Positions 10,949-19,828 of a DNA stretch of 64,000 nt are shown one piece after another. Both the position numbers and the translations under genes were made by a program. The notes under the pieces were generated by a model that saw only the letters and a list, made by a program, of their open reading frames with translations, did no database searches and was not told where the DNA came from. Source of the stretch: Desulfuromonadales bacterium (GTDB lineage: Bacteria; Desulfobacterota; Desulfuromonadia; Desulfuromonadales; SZUA-540); contig JAWSUS010000002.1 of NCBI GenBank assembly GCA_033549025.1, positions 1 to 64,000 of the forward strand, in the 5' to 3' direction. How positions within the stretch are numbered: the stretch's first letter is position 1; each line of letters begins with the position of its first letter.

Positions 10949-10995
10949 GTTAAGTTTTGTAAACTTGAGAACAGCCGGGATTTACACTTCTTTAC
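10949..10995. promoter_or_regulatory. CpxR/OmpR-family direct-repeat boxes in the divergent promoter region
   Basis: TTTAC-acttc-TTTAC at 10981-10995 (GTAAA-N5-GTAAA on the minus strand) and GTTAA-gtttt-GTAAA at 10949-10963. Confidence 0.65.
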
Positions 10996-11057
10996 AGCCC
11001 TGAGCTCGCTTTTGCATTATGATAGCGGAAATGTTAACACGCTGAACGGGATGGCTT

Positions 11058-11786
11058 ATGAATCGGCTGCTGGTCATTGACGACGATATCGAGCTCTGCG
11101 AACTGCTGGCGGACTACCTGGAACCCGAAGGCTTTTCCGTCGAGGCCGTGCACGATGGCGACAGCGGCGCCCGTCGGGCCGTGTCCGGCGAGCATGCCCT
11201 GGTGGTACTCGACGTCATGCTCCCTGGGCTGAACGGCTTTGAAGTACTACGCCGCGTCCGGGAGAAATCGCGCATTCCCATCCTCATGTTGACGGCCCGT
11301 GGCGACGATGTGGACCGCATCGTCGGCCTGGAAATGGGAGCCGACGATTACCTCGCCAAGCCCTTCAACCCAAGGGAACTGGTGGCTCGTATCCGGGCCA
11401 TCCAGAGACGGATGGAGACCGCGCCAGCGGCCGACCCTGAGGTGGCCGCACCCAAAACCCTGGCGGTCGGCGATGTGCAGCTCGATCCGGGTGCCCGTAC
11501 CGCGACCCTGAGGGGAGTCCCCGTCGAATTGACTTCCGTCGAGTTTTCCCTCCTGGAAGCGCTGCTGGCGCAGGCGGGACAGATCATTCCACGCGAAGAT
11601 CTGGTCAAAAAGGTCCTCGGGCGCCGGCTCTCACCTTACGACCGCAGTATCGACGTCCATATCAGCAGTCTGCGCAAAAAGCTCGGCCACCAGGGCCCCG
11701 ATGGCGACAGAATCAAAACCGTGCGAGGCATCGGCTACCTGTATGCCCTGCCCACCGAGCCGACCCCAGGATCTGCGGATGCATAA
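11058..11786 (+). CDS. cpxR: OmpR-family response regulator, CpxR-like
   Basis: LVIDDD, VLDVMLP, GADDYLAKPF, DRSIDVHISSLRKKL, KTVRGIGY. Confidence 0.85.
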   Translation: MNRLLVIDDDIELCELLADYLEPEGFSVEAVHDGDSGARRAVSGEHALVVLDVMLPGLNGFEVLRRVREKSRIPILMLTARGDDVDRIVGLEMGADDYLAKPFNPRELVARIRAIQRRMETAPAADPEVAAPKTLAVGDVQLDPGARTATLRGVPVELTSVEFSLLEALLAQAGQIIPREDLVKKVLGRRLSPYDRSIDVHISSLRKKLGHQGPDGDRIKTVRGIGYLYALPTEPTPGSADA

Positions 11787-13140
11787 ACTCTTCATCAAAA
11801 TTTTTCTGTGGTTCTGGCTGGCCATGACCCTCGTCGGCGCCTTCGGCATCGTCATGGCACTCACCAGCGATCCATTTCGCCTGGACGTCGAACGCAAACG
11901 AGAGGCCATCCGCGCCCTTGGCCTGGAACTTGTCGAAGCTCTGGAGCAGGGCGGGCAAAACGGTCTCCTGGCGAAATCCGCCGAACTGCGCCAAAAGAGC
12001 GGGCGGCAACTCTTTTTGCTGCAGAGTGAAGGCATTAGCGTCAGCGGCGAAAGGCTGCCGCCGCGCGTCCGGAACCTGGCCCTGCTGGCTGCCCAGACGG
12101 GTGAAATCCAGGTGCAGCCTATGAAAAAGGGGGTATGGGTGGCGCTGCCTGACATCGGCGATTACACTCTGCTGGTTCACAGCGCTCCCCCCAGCCGTCT
12201 GGAGCGCCTCCTCAATCCCTATCATCTAGCTCCACGGCTGCTCGCCACCTTTCTGATCACCGGGGTCATCTGTTATCTCCTCGCCCGCTCCCTGACGGCT
12301 CCCATCGAAAAACTGCGCCTGGCCACGCGCAAAATCGCGGCGGGCGACTTTTCGACGCGGGTGCGCGCTGAAGTGCCCGGGCAGAACGAACTGGCCGATC
12401 TTGCCGACGACTTCGACCGCATGACCGAACGCGTCGAGACCCTGGTCGATGCGCAGAAACGGCTGCTGCGCGACATTTCCCATGAACTGCGTTCACCGCT
12501 GGCCCGCCTCCACATCGCCCTGGAGCTGGCCCGGCAGAAATCCGGCCCGGCGGCCACATCCCCCCTCGACCGCATCGGTCGCGAGGCGGAACGGCTCAAC
12601 GAACTCATCGGGCAACTGCTGGCGCTGACCCAGGCCGAACGCGTCCTCCCCAAGGGTGAGCGGGTTCCCATCGACCTGCGGGATCTGGTCCTGGAGATTT
12701 CCGCCGATGCTGAGTTTGAGGCCAGAGGCCATGCCCGCTCCGTCAGGGCCAGGGCGACACAGGCGCTGCATACGGCAGGCAGCCCGGAAATTTTGCGCCG
12801 CGCCATTGAAAACGTGGTGCGCAACGCCATCCGCCATACCGTCGAAAACTCGGCGGTGGAAATCGATCTTCAGCAGGAAGTCGGCGGCGGCGCGTCCGCC
12901 GTCATCACCATCCGCGACCACGGCGCCGGCCTGGCGGAGAAAGACCTCACCCGTATTTTCGAACCCTTCTATCGGGTCAGCGACGCCCGTGACCGTCAGA
13001 GCGGCGGCACCGGCATTGGCCTCGCTATCGCCGAAAGGGCGGTACGCCTCCACAACGGCTCGGTCACGGCCGCGAACGCCCCGGGAGGCGGATTGCTCGT
13101 CACCATTCGGCTCCCCTTGGAACCGGCGGATCATGCTTAA
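11779..13140 (+). CDS. cpxA: HAMP-domain sensor histidine kinase, CpxA-like
   Basis: ATG at 11779 overlapping the regulator; two TMs, HAMP, ISHELRSPL H-box, ENVVRNAI, GGTGIGLAI. Confidence 0.85.
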   Translation: MHKLFIKIFLWFWLAMTLVGAFGIVMALTSDPFRLDVERKREAIRALGLELVEALEQGGQNGLLAKSAELRQKSGRQLFLLQSEGISVSGERLPPRVRNLALLAAQTGEIQVQPMKKGVWVALPDIGDYTLLVHSAPPSRLERLLNPYHLAPRLLATFLITGVICYLLARSLTAPIEKLRLATRKIAAGDFSTRVRAEVPGQNELADLADDFDRMTERVETLVDAQKRLLRDISHELRSPLARLHIALELARQKSGPAATSPLDRIGREAERLNELIGQLLALTQAERVLPKGERVPIDLRDLVLEISADAEFEARGHARSVRARATQALHTAGSPEILRRAIENVVRNAIRHTVENSAVEIDLQQEVGGGASAVITIRDHGAGLAEKDLTRIFEPFYRVSDARDRQSGGTGIGLAIAERAVRLHNGSVTAANAPGGGLLVTIRLPLEPADHA

Positions 13141-13145
13141 ACGTC

Positions 13146-13181
13146 CTTACAAAACTTTACATTTTTGCCGAATCTCTTTAC
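13146..13181. promoter_or_regulatory. CpxR-type box upstream of the Spy/CpxP gene
   Basis: CTTAC-aaaac-TTTAC at 13146-13160 plus a further TTTAC at 13177-13181. Confidence 0.6.
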
Positions 13182-13290
13182 CCCCTCTTCAGATTAAACA
13201 GGGTAAGGTGCAATCATCGACAGGCGGCAATCAAGCAGCCGCTCTCGCTATCTTTCAAAGGGCCATGCCCTGAACCCAAGGAGAATTCCC

Positions 13291-13818
13291 ATGAAAAAAA
13301 GACTGATTGCTCTCACCTTGCTGGCCACCGCCCTCGGCGGCTTCGTCGTCGCTCCCACTCTGGCTCTGGCCGCCGACCAGAATCCTGCCGCCGAAACGAA
13401 TCAGGAAGAGCGCCGCTGTGGCAAACGCGGTTCCTGCAACGGTCCCTTTGAAGGCCGGATGGCCGAAAAGCTCAATCTGACCAGCGAGCAACAGGCGCAG
13501 ATCAAAGGCATCGTCGAGGCAGAGCGGGAGCGGATTGCCCCGCTGCGGGAGCAGCAGCGTGAGCAGCGTGCCCAACTGCAGGCCGCCATGAAGGCACAGC
13601 CTTTCGATGAGAACACCGTGCGTCAACTGGCTGCCAGCCAGGCCGATGCACGTACCGAAATGATCGTGCATCGCGCTCGCGTACAGAACCAGATCAACGC
13701 CGTACTCACGGAAGAACAACGCGAGCAGGCCGAGCAACTGCGTGCCTCCAAGAAAGACCGGCGCTGCAACAAAGGTCATCGCGGATTTGGATTCGGCTTC
13801 GACCAGCAAAACTCCTAA
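13291..13818 (+). CDS. Spy/CpxP-family periplasmic chaperone
   Basis: Signal peptide, two LTxxQ motifs (LNLTSEQQ, VLTEEQR); AGGAG RBS. Confidence 0.9.
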   Translation: MKKRLIALTLLATALGGFVVAPTLALAADQNPAAETNQEERRCGKRGSCNGPFEGRMAEKLNLTSEQQAQIKGIVEAERERIAPLREQQREQRAQLQAAMKAQPFDENTVRQLAASQADARTEMIVHRARVQNQINAVLTEEQREQAEQLRASKKDRRCNKGHRGFGFGFDQQNS

Positions 13819-13840
13819 GCCGTCCTCTCCCCGACAGCCG

Positions 13841-13881
13841 ACGCCCCGTCACCCTTAATCAGGTGGCGGGGCGTTTTTTTT
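13841..13881 (+). terminator. Intrinsic terminator
   Basis: ACGCCCCGTCACC...GGTGGCGGGGCGT hairpin followed by a T-tract. Confidence 0.85.
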
Positions 13882-13984
13882 GAGCGCTTGCCATCCTCTT
13901 CCGCCGGTTGACAAGCAGGGGAGCGGTGTTAGACATGGAAGCAGGCCCAGCATACAGGGTCACTAACACGGGAAGGAGGCACTC

Positions 13985-16396
13985 ATGGCAACGGAGCAGG
14001 AATCCATCCGCTGGTTTGAAGATCTGTGCAACCGGGATGTTCCTCTGGTCGGGGGAAAGAACGCCTCCCTGGGCGAGATGATCGCCACCCTCAAGCCAAC
14101 GGGGATCCAGGTTCCCGATGGCTTCGCCACCACCGCCGCCGCTTACCGGCACTTTCTGGCGGCCAACGAACTGGAGGAGGCGATCCGGCGGCATCTGCAG
14201 GACTACAACCAGGGCAAGCGCAGCCTGCACCAGGCCGGCGACGCCATCCGCACCCTCATCCTCCGGGGCCGCTGGCCCGAAGAGATAGCCGGCGCCATCC
14301 GCAGCGCCTACGGGGAGCTGTCCCGCCGTTACGACAAGGACGAGGTCGACGTGGCCGTGCGCAGCAGCGCCACCGCTGAAGATCTGCCCGACGCCAGCTT
14401 TGCCGGCCAGCAGGAGACCTTTCTCAACATTACCGGCGCGGAGGAACTCCTCGACGCCTGCCGCCGCTGCTATGCCTCCCTCTTTACCGATCGGGCCATC
14501 GTCTACCGGGAGAACAAAGGCTTCGATCATCTGCAGATTGCCTTGTCCGTCGGCGTGCAGAAGATGGTGCGCTCGGACCTGGCCGGCGCCGGCGTGATGT
14601 TTTCCATCGACACGGAGACCGGCTTTCCTGACGTCGTCGTCATCGACGCCGCCTGGGGGCTGGGCGAAAACGTCGTGCAGGGGGCGGTCACCCCGGACAA
14701 CTACCTGGTCTTCAAACCCCTGCTCGACCAGGAAGACCTGCGGCCCATCCTGCACAAGAAACTCGGCACCAAAGAAAAGAAGATGGTCTACGCCCGCAGC
14801 GCCGGGCACACTACCCGCAACACCGAGACCTCAGCCAAAGAGCGCCATGCTTTCGTGCTGACCGACGCGGAGATCCTGCAGCTCGCCCGCTGGGCCGTCA
14901 TCATTGAAAAACACTATCAACGACCCATGGACATGGAATGGGCCAAGGATGGCGACAGCAACGAGCTCTTCATCGTGCAGGCCCGGCCGGAGACGGTGCA
15001 ATCCCGGCAGGAGGCCGGCGTCCTGCGCCGTTACACCTTGAAGGAGAAGGGAGAAGTCCTGCTCAGGGGGTTGGCCATCGGCGAGATGATCGCCGCCGGC
15101 AAGGTGCAGGTCATCAAGAGTGCCAGCGACATCGAGCGCTTCGAGGCCGGAAGCATCCTGGTCACGGGCATGACGGACCCGGACTGGGTGCCGGTAATGA
15201 AAAAGGCCGCCGGCATCATCACCGATCATGGCGGCCGCACCTCCCACGCCGCCATCGTCAGCCGCGAGCTCGGCATCGCCGCCGTGGTCGGCACCGGCAC
15301 CGGCACCTCTGACCTCAAAGACGGGCAGGAGGTCACCCTCAGCTGCGCCGAAGGGGATGTCGGTAAAATCTACGAGGGCCGCCTCGACTTCGAGCAAACG
15401 GAACTCAACCTGGAGAACCTGCCGCAAACCCGCACCCGCCTCATGATGAACATTGCCAGCCCCGCCGCCGCCTTCCGTTGGTGGCGCCTCCCCTGCAAAG
15501 GCATTGGCCTGGCCCGCATGGAGTTCATCATCAACGCCATCATCCAGGTGCATCCCATGGCCCTGGTTGAATTTGACCGCCTGGAAGACAAGGCCGCCAA
15601 AAAGCAGATCCGCGACCTGACCCGGCATTACGCCGACAAGAGCGAGTACTTCGTCGATCAGCTCAGTCAGGGGATCGCCACCATCGCCGCCAGCCAGTAT
15701 CCCGAGCCGGTCATCGTGCGCCTCTCCGACTTCAAGACCAACGAATACGCTGAACTCATCGGCGGCCGCCAGTTCGAGTTCGCCGAAGAAAACCCCATGC
15801 TCGGCTTCCGCGGCGCCTCGCGCTACTACAGCGAGCGCTACCAGGCCGGTTTTGCCCTCGAATGCGCCGCCCTCAAGCGGGTGCGCGAGAGCATCGGCCT
15901 CGACAACGTCATCGTCATGGTCCCCTTCTGCCGTACCCTCAATGAGGCCGACCGAGTGCTGGAAGTAATGGCCGCCAACGGCCTGGTGCAGGGGGAGAGA
16001 GGACTGGAGATCTACATGATGGTGGAAATTCCCGCCAATGTGGTGCTGGCGGAGAAGTTTGCCGAGCGCTTCGATGGCTTCTCCATCGGCAGCAACGACC
16101 TGACCCAGCTTGTCCTCGGGGTCGATCGCGACTCGGCCATTCTGCGGGAACTCTTCGATGAACGGGACGAAGCAGTCAAAACCACTATCGCCCAGGCCAT
16201 CCAGTCGGCGAAAAAGACCGCCACCAAAATCGGCATCTGCGGTCAGGCCCCCAGCGACTATCCTGAATTTGCCGCCTTTCTGGTCGAAGAGGGCATCGAC
16301 TCCATCTCCCTCAACCCCGACAGCGTTCTTGCCGCCCTGCAGAAGATCGCCGAAATGGAGGCCCGGCTCGGCATCTGTCCACGCCGGCCGGAATAA
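13985..16396 (+). CDS. ppsA: Phosphoenolpyruvate synthase
   Basis: VGGKNASLGEM, AVRSSATAEDLPDASFAGQQET, phospho-His motif GGRTSHAAI, SIGSNDLTQL. Confidence 0.97.
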   Translation: MATEQESIRWFEDLCNRDVPLVGGKNASLGEMIATLKPTGIQVPDGFATTAAAYRHFLAANELEEAIRRHLQDYNQGKRSLHQAGDAIRTLILRGRWPEEIAGAIRSAYGELSRRYDKDEVDVAVRSSATAEDLPDASFAGQQETFLNITGAEELLDACRRCYASLFTDRAIVYRENKGFDHLQIALSVGVQKMVRSDLAGAGVMFSIDTETGFPDVVVIDAAWGLGENVVQGAVTPDNYLVFKPLLDQEDLRPILHKKLGTKEKKMVYARSAGHTTRNTETSAKERHAFVLTDAEILQLARWAVIIEKHYQRPMDMEWAKDGDSNELFIVQARPETVQSRQEAGVLRRYTLKEKGEVLLRGLAIGEMIAAGKVQVIKSASDIERFEAGSILVTGMTDPDWVPVMKKAAGIITDHGGRTSHAAIVSRELGIAAVVGTGTGTSDLKDGQEVTLSCAEGDVGKIYEGRLDFEQTELNLENLPQTRTRLMMNIASPAAAFRWWRLPCKGIGLARMEFIINAIIQVHPMALVEFDRLEDKAAKKQIRDLTRHYADKSEYFVDQLSQGIATIAASQYPEPVIVRLSDFKTNEYAELIGGRQFEFAEENPMLGFRGASRYYSERYQAGFALECAALKRVRESIGLDNVIVMVPFCRTLNEADRVLEVMAANGLVQGERGLEIYMMVEIPANVVLAEKFAERFDGFSIGSNDLTQLVLGVDRDSAILRELFDERDEAVKTTIAQAIQSAKKTATKIGICGQAPSDYPEFAAFLVEEGIDSISLNPDSVLAALQKIAEMEARLGICPRRPE

Positions 16397-16450
16397 GCGG
16401 GGCCATGCTGGAAAACAATACTAGCGACTTCCCCTGTCGGCAGGTGGAAG

Positions 16451-16486
16451 AAAAAAAAAAGCGGCCTGAAATCCCTCAGGCCGCTT
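16451..16486 (-). terminator. Intrinsic terminator for bfr (possibly bidirectional)
   Basis: A10 + GCGGCCTGA-aatccc-TCAGGCCGC between convergent ppsA and bfr. Confidence 0.8.
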
Positions 16487-16523
16487 GTGTCAGGCTAATT
16501 CCCCAATCTTTTTGCCTCTTGCG

Positions 16524-16991
16524 CTAACCCATCTTTTCAGCCAGATAGCACTGGATACCCATTTGCTCGATTTGATCCTTCTGCTCTTCGAGCCAGTCGA
16601 TATGACTTTCTTCGTCCTTCAAGATCTCTTCTAGCATGGTCTTGGTACCGTTATCGCCAACTTCCGCAGCAAGACGAATGGTTTCGTTGTATTTCTTGAT
16701 CGCATCGTCCTCGGCCTTCCAGTCCTTCTGATGCATTTCTTCGACTTTTTTTCCAATGGAAATAGGTCCAAGCTTGGAGACAATGGGTCGCCCTTCCAGG
16801 AAAAGGATACGCTCGATCAATTTTTCAGCGTGCTTCATCTCCTGGATCGAACGCTGCTTGATGGCCTGATGCAAAGAATCGTAGCCCCAGTCTTCGCACA
16901 TTTCCCCATGAACAAAATACTGGTTAATGGCCCCAAGTTCTTCGGCAAGTCGTTCGTTGAGAGCGTCAAGTAATTTCGCATTTCCTTTCAT
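16524..16991 (-). CDS. bfr: Bacterioferritin
   Basis: 155 aa from ATG 16991 (GGAGG RBS); EELGAINQY, EMKHAEKLIERILFLEG, DEESHIDWLE ferroxidase motifs. Confidence 0.95.
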   Translation of the reverse strand: MKGNAKLLDALNERLAEELGAINQYFVHGEMCEDWGYDSLHQAIKQRSIQEMKHAEKLIERILFLEGRPIVSKLGPISIGKKVEEMHQKDWKAEDDAIKKYNETIRLAAEVGDNGTKTMLEEILKDEESHIDWLEEQKDQIEQMGIQCYLAEKMG

Positions 16992-17150
16992 GTGCACCTC
17001 CTGAAGCATAGATTGACCAACATTCCTTGACTCTGATTTGAACCGTAACAGGGATTCAGGAGATTTCAAGGTGGACCGAATTTGGGTTGATTGTACCCGT
17101 AAGGATGGTCGTTCGTTGCCAAATTAGGCTGATGTGCATAAATTCAACGA

Positions 17151-17184
17151 CTAAACCCCGCCAGGCGCACCGGGCGGGGTTTAG
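17151..17184. terminator. GC-rich hairpin downstream of the J-domain gene
   Basis: CTAAACCCCGCC...GGCGGGGTTTAG inverted repeat; weak U-tract. Confidence 0.5.
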
Positions 17185-17199
17185 GTCGCGGGTCGAGGG

Positions 17200-17490
17200 T
17201 TATTTGCCGCCCCAGATGGGATCATCGGCAAACTGGGCTTCGATTCTTGCCTCGGGATTCTGTTCGTAAAACTCCTGCTGCGTAAACGAAAAGCGATACC
17301 CCCCGACATACGCCATAAGCAGGCGATATGCGGCGTTGACCTGGCGAATGACCTCCGGATCTTCCCCGTTGCCCCTATCCGGGTGGTAGCGTTTCACCAG
17401 CTCTTTGTGACGCGCTTTAATTTCCGCCAGGGTGGCTTTCTCTCCCAGGCCCATGATTTCACAAGCATCCCGCAGTTCCGTAAAGGTCAT
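17200..17490 (-). CDS. Small DnaJ (J-domain) protein
   Basis: 96 aa; KRYHPD motif, VNAAYRLL helix; GAGG RBS. Confidence 0.85.
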   Translation of the reverse strand: MTFTELRDACEIMGLGEKATLAEIKARHKELVKRYHPDRGNGEDPEVIRQVNAAYRLLMAYVGGYRFSFTQQEFYEQNPEARIEAQFADDPIWGGK

Positions 17491-17511
17491 ATTACACCTC
17501 AGTTCGCCAGT

Positions 17512-18123
17512 TCATAGCTTGGTCCCTCGCAGAACGTAGAGGGCTGCTTGGCCGGGTTCATGGCTGGGAAAAATCTCCTGCCCATCGATGCCCAGAAAAT
17601 ATTCGCCCTGCACCGAAAACCTTGCCGCCATGGCCGCCTCCAGGGCGTTCAGGTCGGTGTGCCTGATTTTACGTACGTAGGAATCAGCTTCGGCGAGCTT
17701 GCCTTGAAAAAAGGAAGAAGCCGGATTGAGCAGCATGACGATGATTCTGCCCCCGGGGCGCAGCACCCGCGCGGCTTCGGACAGCGCCCGCCGGTAGTCC
17801 TCCATGAACTGCAAAGAGACTATGAAGAGGATGACATCGAAGCGGCCATCCTCAATCGGCATCTTCTCGGCCGGGGCGACGATGGTGCACAGGCTGTCCG
17901 GGGCACAGGCCAGGGCCTCCCTGGAGACATCCAGTCCCGTCACCGCAATACCCTGCTCACTCAGACCACTCTCGATGATGGCGGGTCCGCAGCCGACACT
18001 GAGAACACGATCCTCCGCACGAAGGTGCCTCAGCAGATAATCGAGTTCGGCGGCAAAGACCTTTCGCCAGAAGGGGCTCTGGCAGGAGGCCAGGTAACGC
18101 TCAGACTCCATGGAATGATTCAC
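17512..18123 (-). CDS. Class I SAM-dependent methyltransferase
   Basis: VLSVGCGP motif I, GLDVS, FDVI, RVLRPGG; GTG start after AAGGAG. Confidence 0.88.
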   Translation of the reverse strand: MNHSMESERYLASCQSPFWRKVFAAELDYLLRHLRAEDRVLSVGCGPAIIESGLSEQGIAVTGLDVSREALACAPDSLCTIVAPAEKMPIEDGRFDVILFIVSLQFMEDYRRALSEAARVLRPGGRIIVMLLNPASSFFQGKLAEADSYVRKIRHTDLNALEAAMAARFSVQGEYFLGIDGQEIFPSHEPGQAALYVLRGTKL

Positions 18124-18150
18124 AGCCAGCTCCTTGACGGATCGTCGCGG

Positions 18151-18381
18151 TCAACCAGCGGACCGACAAATGTCGAGCAGGTCTTCTATCTCGGGAAAAC
18201 GACGCGTTTCCAGACGGGAAAACTTCTGGGATTCATTAACGAAAATGGCGAATTCACTTTTTTGCTGGCCGACCACCATCTCAACATCGACCGCCGGCAG
18301 GCTTTTCTTCAATTCCGCAGCGAGACTCGCTGCACGGGGCTGATGCCCTCAAGACGCGCAATAAACAATTTTAACCTTCAT
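18151..18381 (-). CDS. Rdx-family (SelW/SelT/SelH-like) selenoprotein, 76 aa, CxxU motif; absent from the ORF track
   Basis: Manual translation MKVKIVYCAS-U-GHQPRAASLAAELKK...EFAIFVN...FSRLETRRFPEIEDLL; in-frame TGA at 18349-18351; hairpin 15 nt downstream. Confidence 0.88.
18317..18333 (-). promoter_or_regulatory. Putative bacterial SECIS element (Rdx gene)
   Basis: GCAGCGA-gtc-TCGCTGC perfect stem, G in the apical loop, shortly 3' of the UGA. Confidence 0.65.
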
Positions 18382-18411
18382 TGTACCAATCCTTTCCTTG
18401 TTAGACTGAAA

Positions 18412-18765
18412 TCACTCTTTCTCGTTTACCTCGGGTCGATGGGCGCTGAGGCAACACTGGCTTTGCACGACGGGAGGATTTTCCGCTTCTTCTCCCAGCA
18501 GCTTCAGAATGCCCGCCGCCAGCTCAGGCCGGCAGATAAAGTAGCAGCGCTGAGCCCCTTTTTGGGTAAAGTCAACGAGTTTCGCATGCCGCAGCACCGT
18601 CAAGTGTTGGGAAATGTTGGCCTGAGAAGCGGGAAGCAAATCCTGAATGTCATTTACGCATTTGGTCCCCTGGAGCAACTCCGCCACAATCTGAAGGCGA
18701 GTTGGATGCGCAAGAGCTTTTAGCGTGGCAGCGCCGTCATTGGCTTTTTTAAAATCCATCCCCAT
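18412..18765 (-). CDS. ArsR/SmtB-family metalloregulator
   Basis: LKALAHPTRLQI, KCVNDI, SQANISQHLTVLR; C-terminal CC pair. Confidence 0.92.
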   Translation of the reverse strand: MGMDFKKANDGAATLKALAHPTRLQIVAELLQGTKCVNDIQDLLPASQANISQHLTVLRHAKLVDFTQKGAQRCYFICRPELAAGILKLLGEEAENPPVVQSQCCLSAHRPEVNEKE

Positions 18766-18777
18766 CCCCCCTGGCTA

Positions 18778-18795
18778 TATTCGAATATTCTAATA
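18778..18795. promoter_or_regulatory. Putative ArsR operator
   Basis: AT-rich near-palindrome TATTCGAAT/ATTCTAATA (8 of 9 paired) immediately upstream of the ArsR gene. Confidence 0.55.
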
Positions 18796-19143
18796 ACATT
18801 TCAGAAGAATAGGTGCAAGAACAATTTTACGGTAGGTCACGGGGGTATCAACTTCGTACAGGCGCGAACACCAATCTCCAGCAGGTCGTGAAACTAACCG
18901 TTCGAAAAGCAATAAAAACGCACTAAACAGGCTGTGTTGCCGGCGCAGCGATGATTTCGGTTATCCTGAGCTCGGGTCCAAAAAGGGAATCCACCGCTGA
19001 TTTGCCCTTTCGGGTGACAATTGTGCCACAAGTCAGGTCAGTCGAAAATCGCCTGAATGAAGCACCTAACAGCCTGCAGTGACAGCCATTCCATGAAAAT
19101 CGGGGGAGGGCTGTTATGCTATACAAAAACCAAGGAGATAATC

Positions 19144-19803
19144 ATGACACTCCAAGACGAACTGAAAAAGGTCAAATCCGGATTTAAAAAGAACTCCGAC
19201 TCTGAAGCACAGGAGGTCATGGGGCGGGCGACGGAAGACCTGCGGAACTCAGGCATTCTTGACAGGGTTCTCAAAACAGGTGATCCCATTCCCGATTTTG
19301 TTCTGGAAACGCCAGAGGGCGAGAAAATAAGCTCTAGCAAATTGCTGTCCCGTGGCCCGCTGGTCATCCATTTTTTTCGAGGAGGCTGGTGACCTTTCTG
19401 CAGCGCGGAGCTGGACGCTCTGCAGGAAGCCCACGCCGAAATCAAGGGGACCGGCGCTCAACTGGTTGCCGTTTCACCCCTGCTTGCCGAACATGCCGCA
19501 CAAACCATTGAAAAACATAACCTGAGCTTTCCCTTGCTGCTCGACCCCGGCAACAGGCTGGCTCAAAAATTCCGTCTGGTTCACGTTCTTCCCCCTGACC
19601 TGCGCAAAGTGTATCTGCGCTTTGGGCTTGACCTGCCAAAATACAACGGTGATGACAGCTGGAGTCTGCCTCTGGCGGCCCGTTATATCGTGCGCCCCGA
19701 CGGCATCATCCACGACGTCAACGTCGACACGGATCACACGCGTCGTCCCGAGCCAGCGGAGGCCGTGGAGATTCTGCGGCAGTTGCCGACCACGACTATC
19801 TAG
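19144..19803 (+). CDS. Peroxiredoxin-like (AhpC/TSA, redoxin) selenoprotein, 219 aa, UxxC motif
   Basis: ORF-track fragments 19057-19392 and 19534-19803 are in one frame; reads FFRGGW-U-PFC-SAELDALQ with TGA at 19390-19392; AAGGAG RBS before ATG 19144. Confidence 0.88.
19398..19425 (+). promoter_or_regulatory. Putative bacterial SECIS element (peroxiredoxin-like gene)
   Basis: CTGCAG-c-GCG-gagctgga-CGC-t-CTGCAG stem-loop beginning 5 nt after the UGA. Confidence 0.55.
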
Positions 19804-19828
19804 GCTGAACACAACCAAGAATCGGGAT

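Noticed and set aside
17512..18123. Arsenite methyltransferase arsM
   Set aside because: Short, and I cannot recognise the conserved ArsM cysteine pattern; left as a generic class I methyltransferase
19057..19803. Peroxiredoxin-like pseudogene or two separate ORFs
   Set aside because: Single frame with TGA at the catalytic Cys position plus a downstream hairpin; Sec recoding fits better
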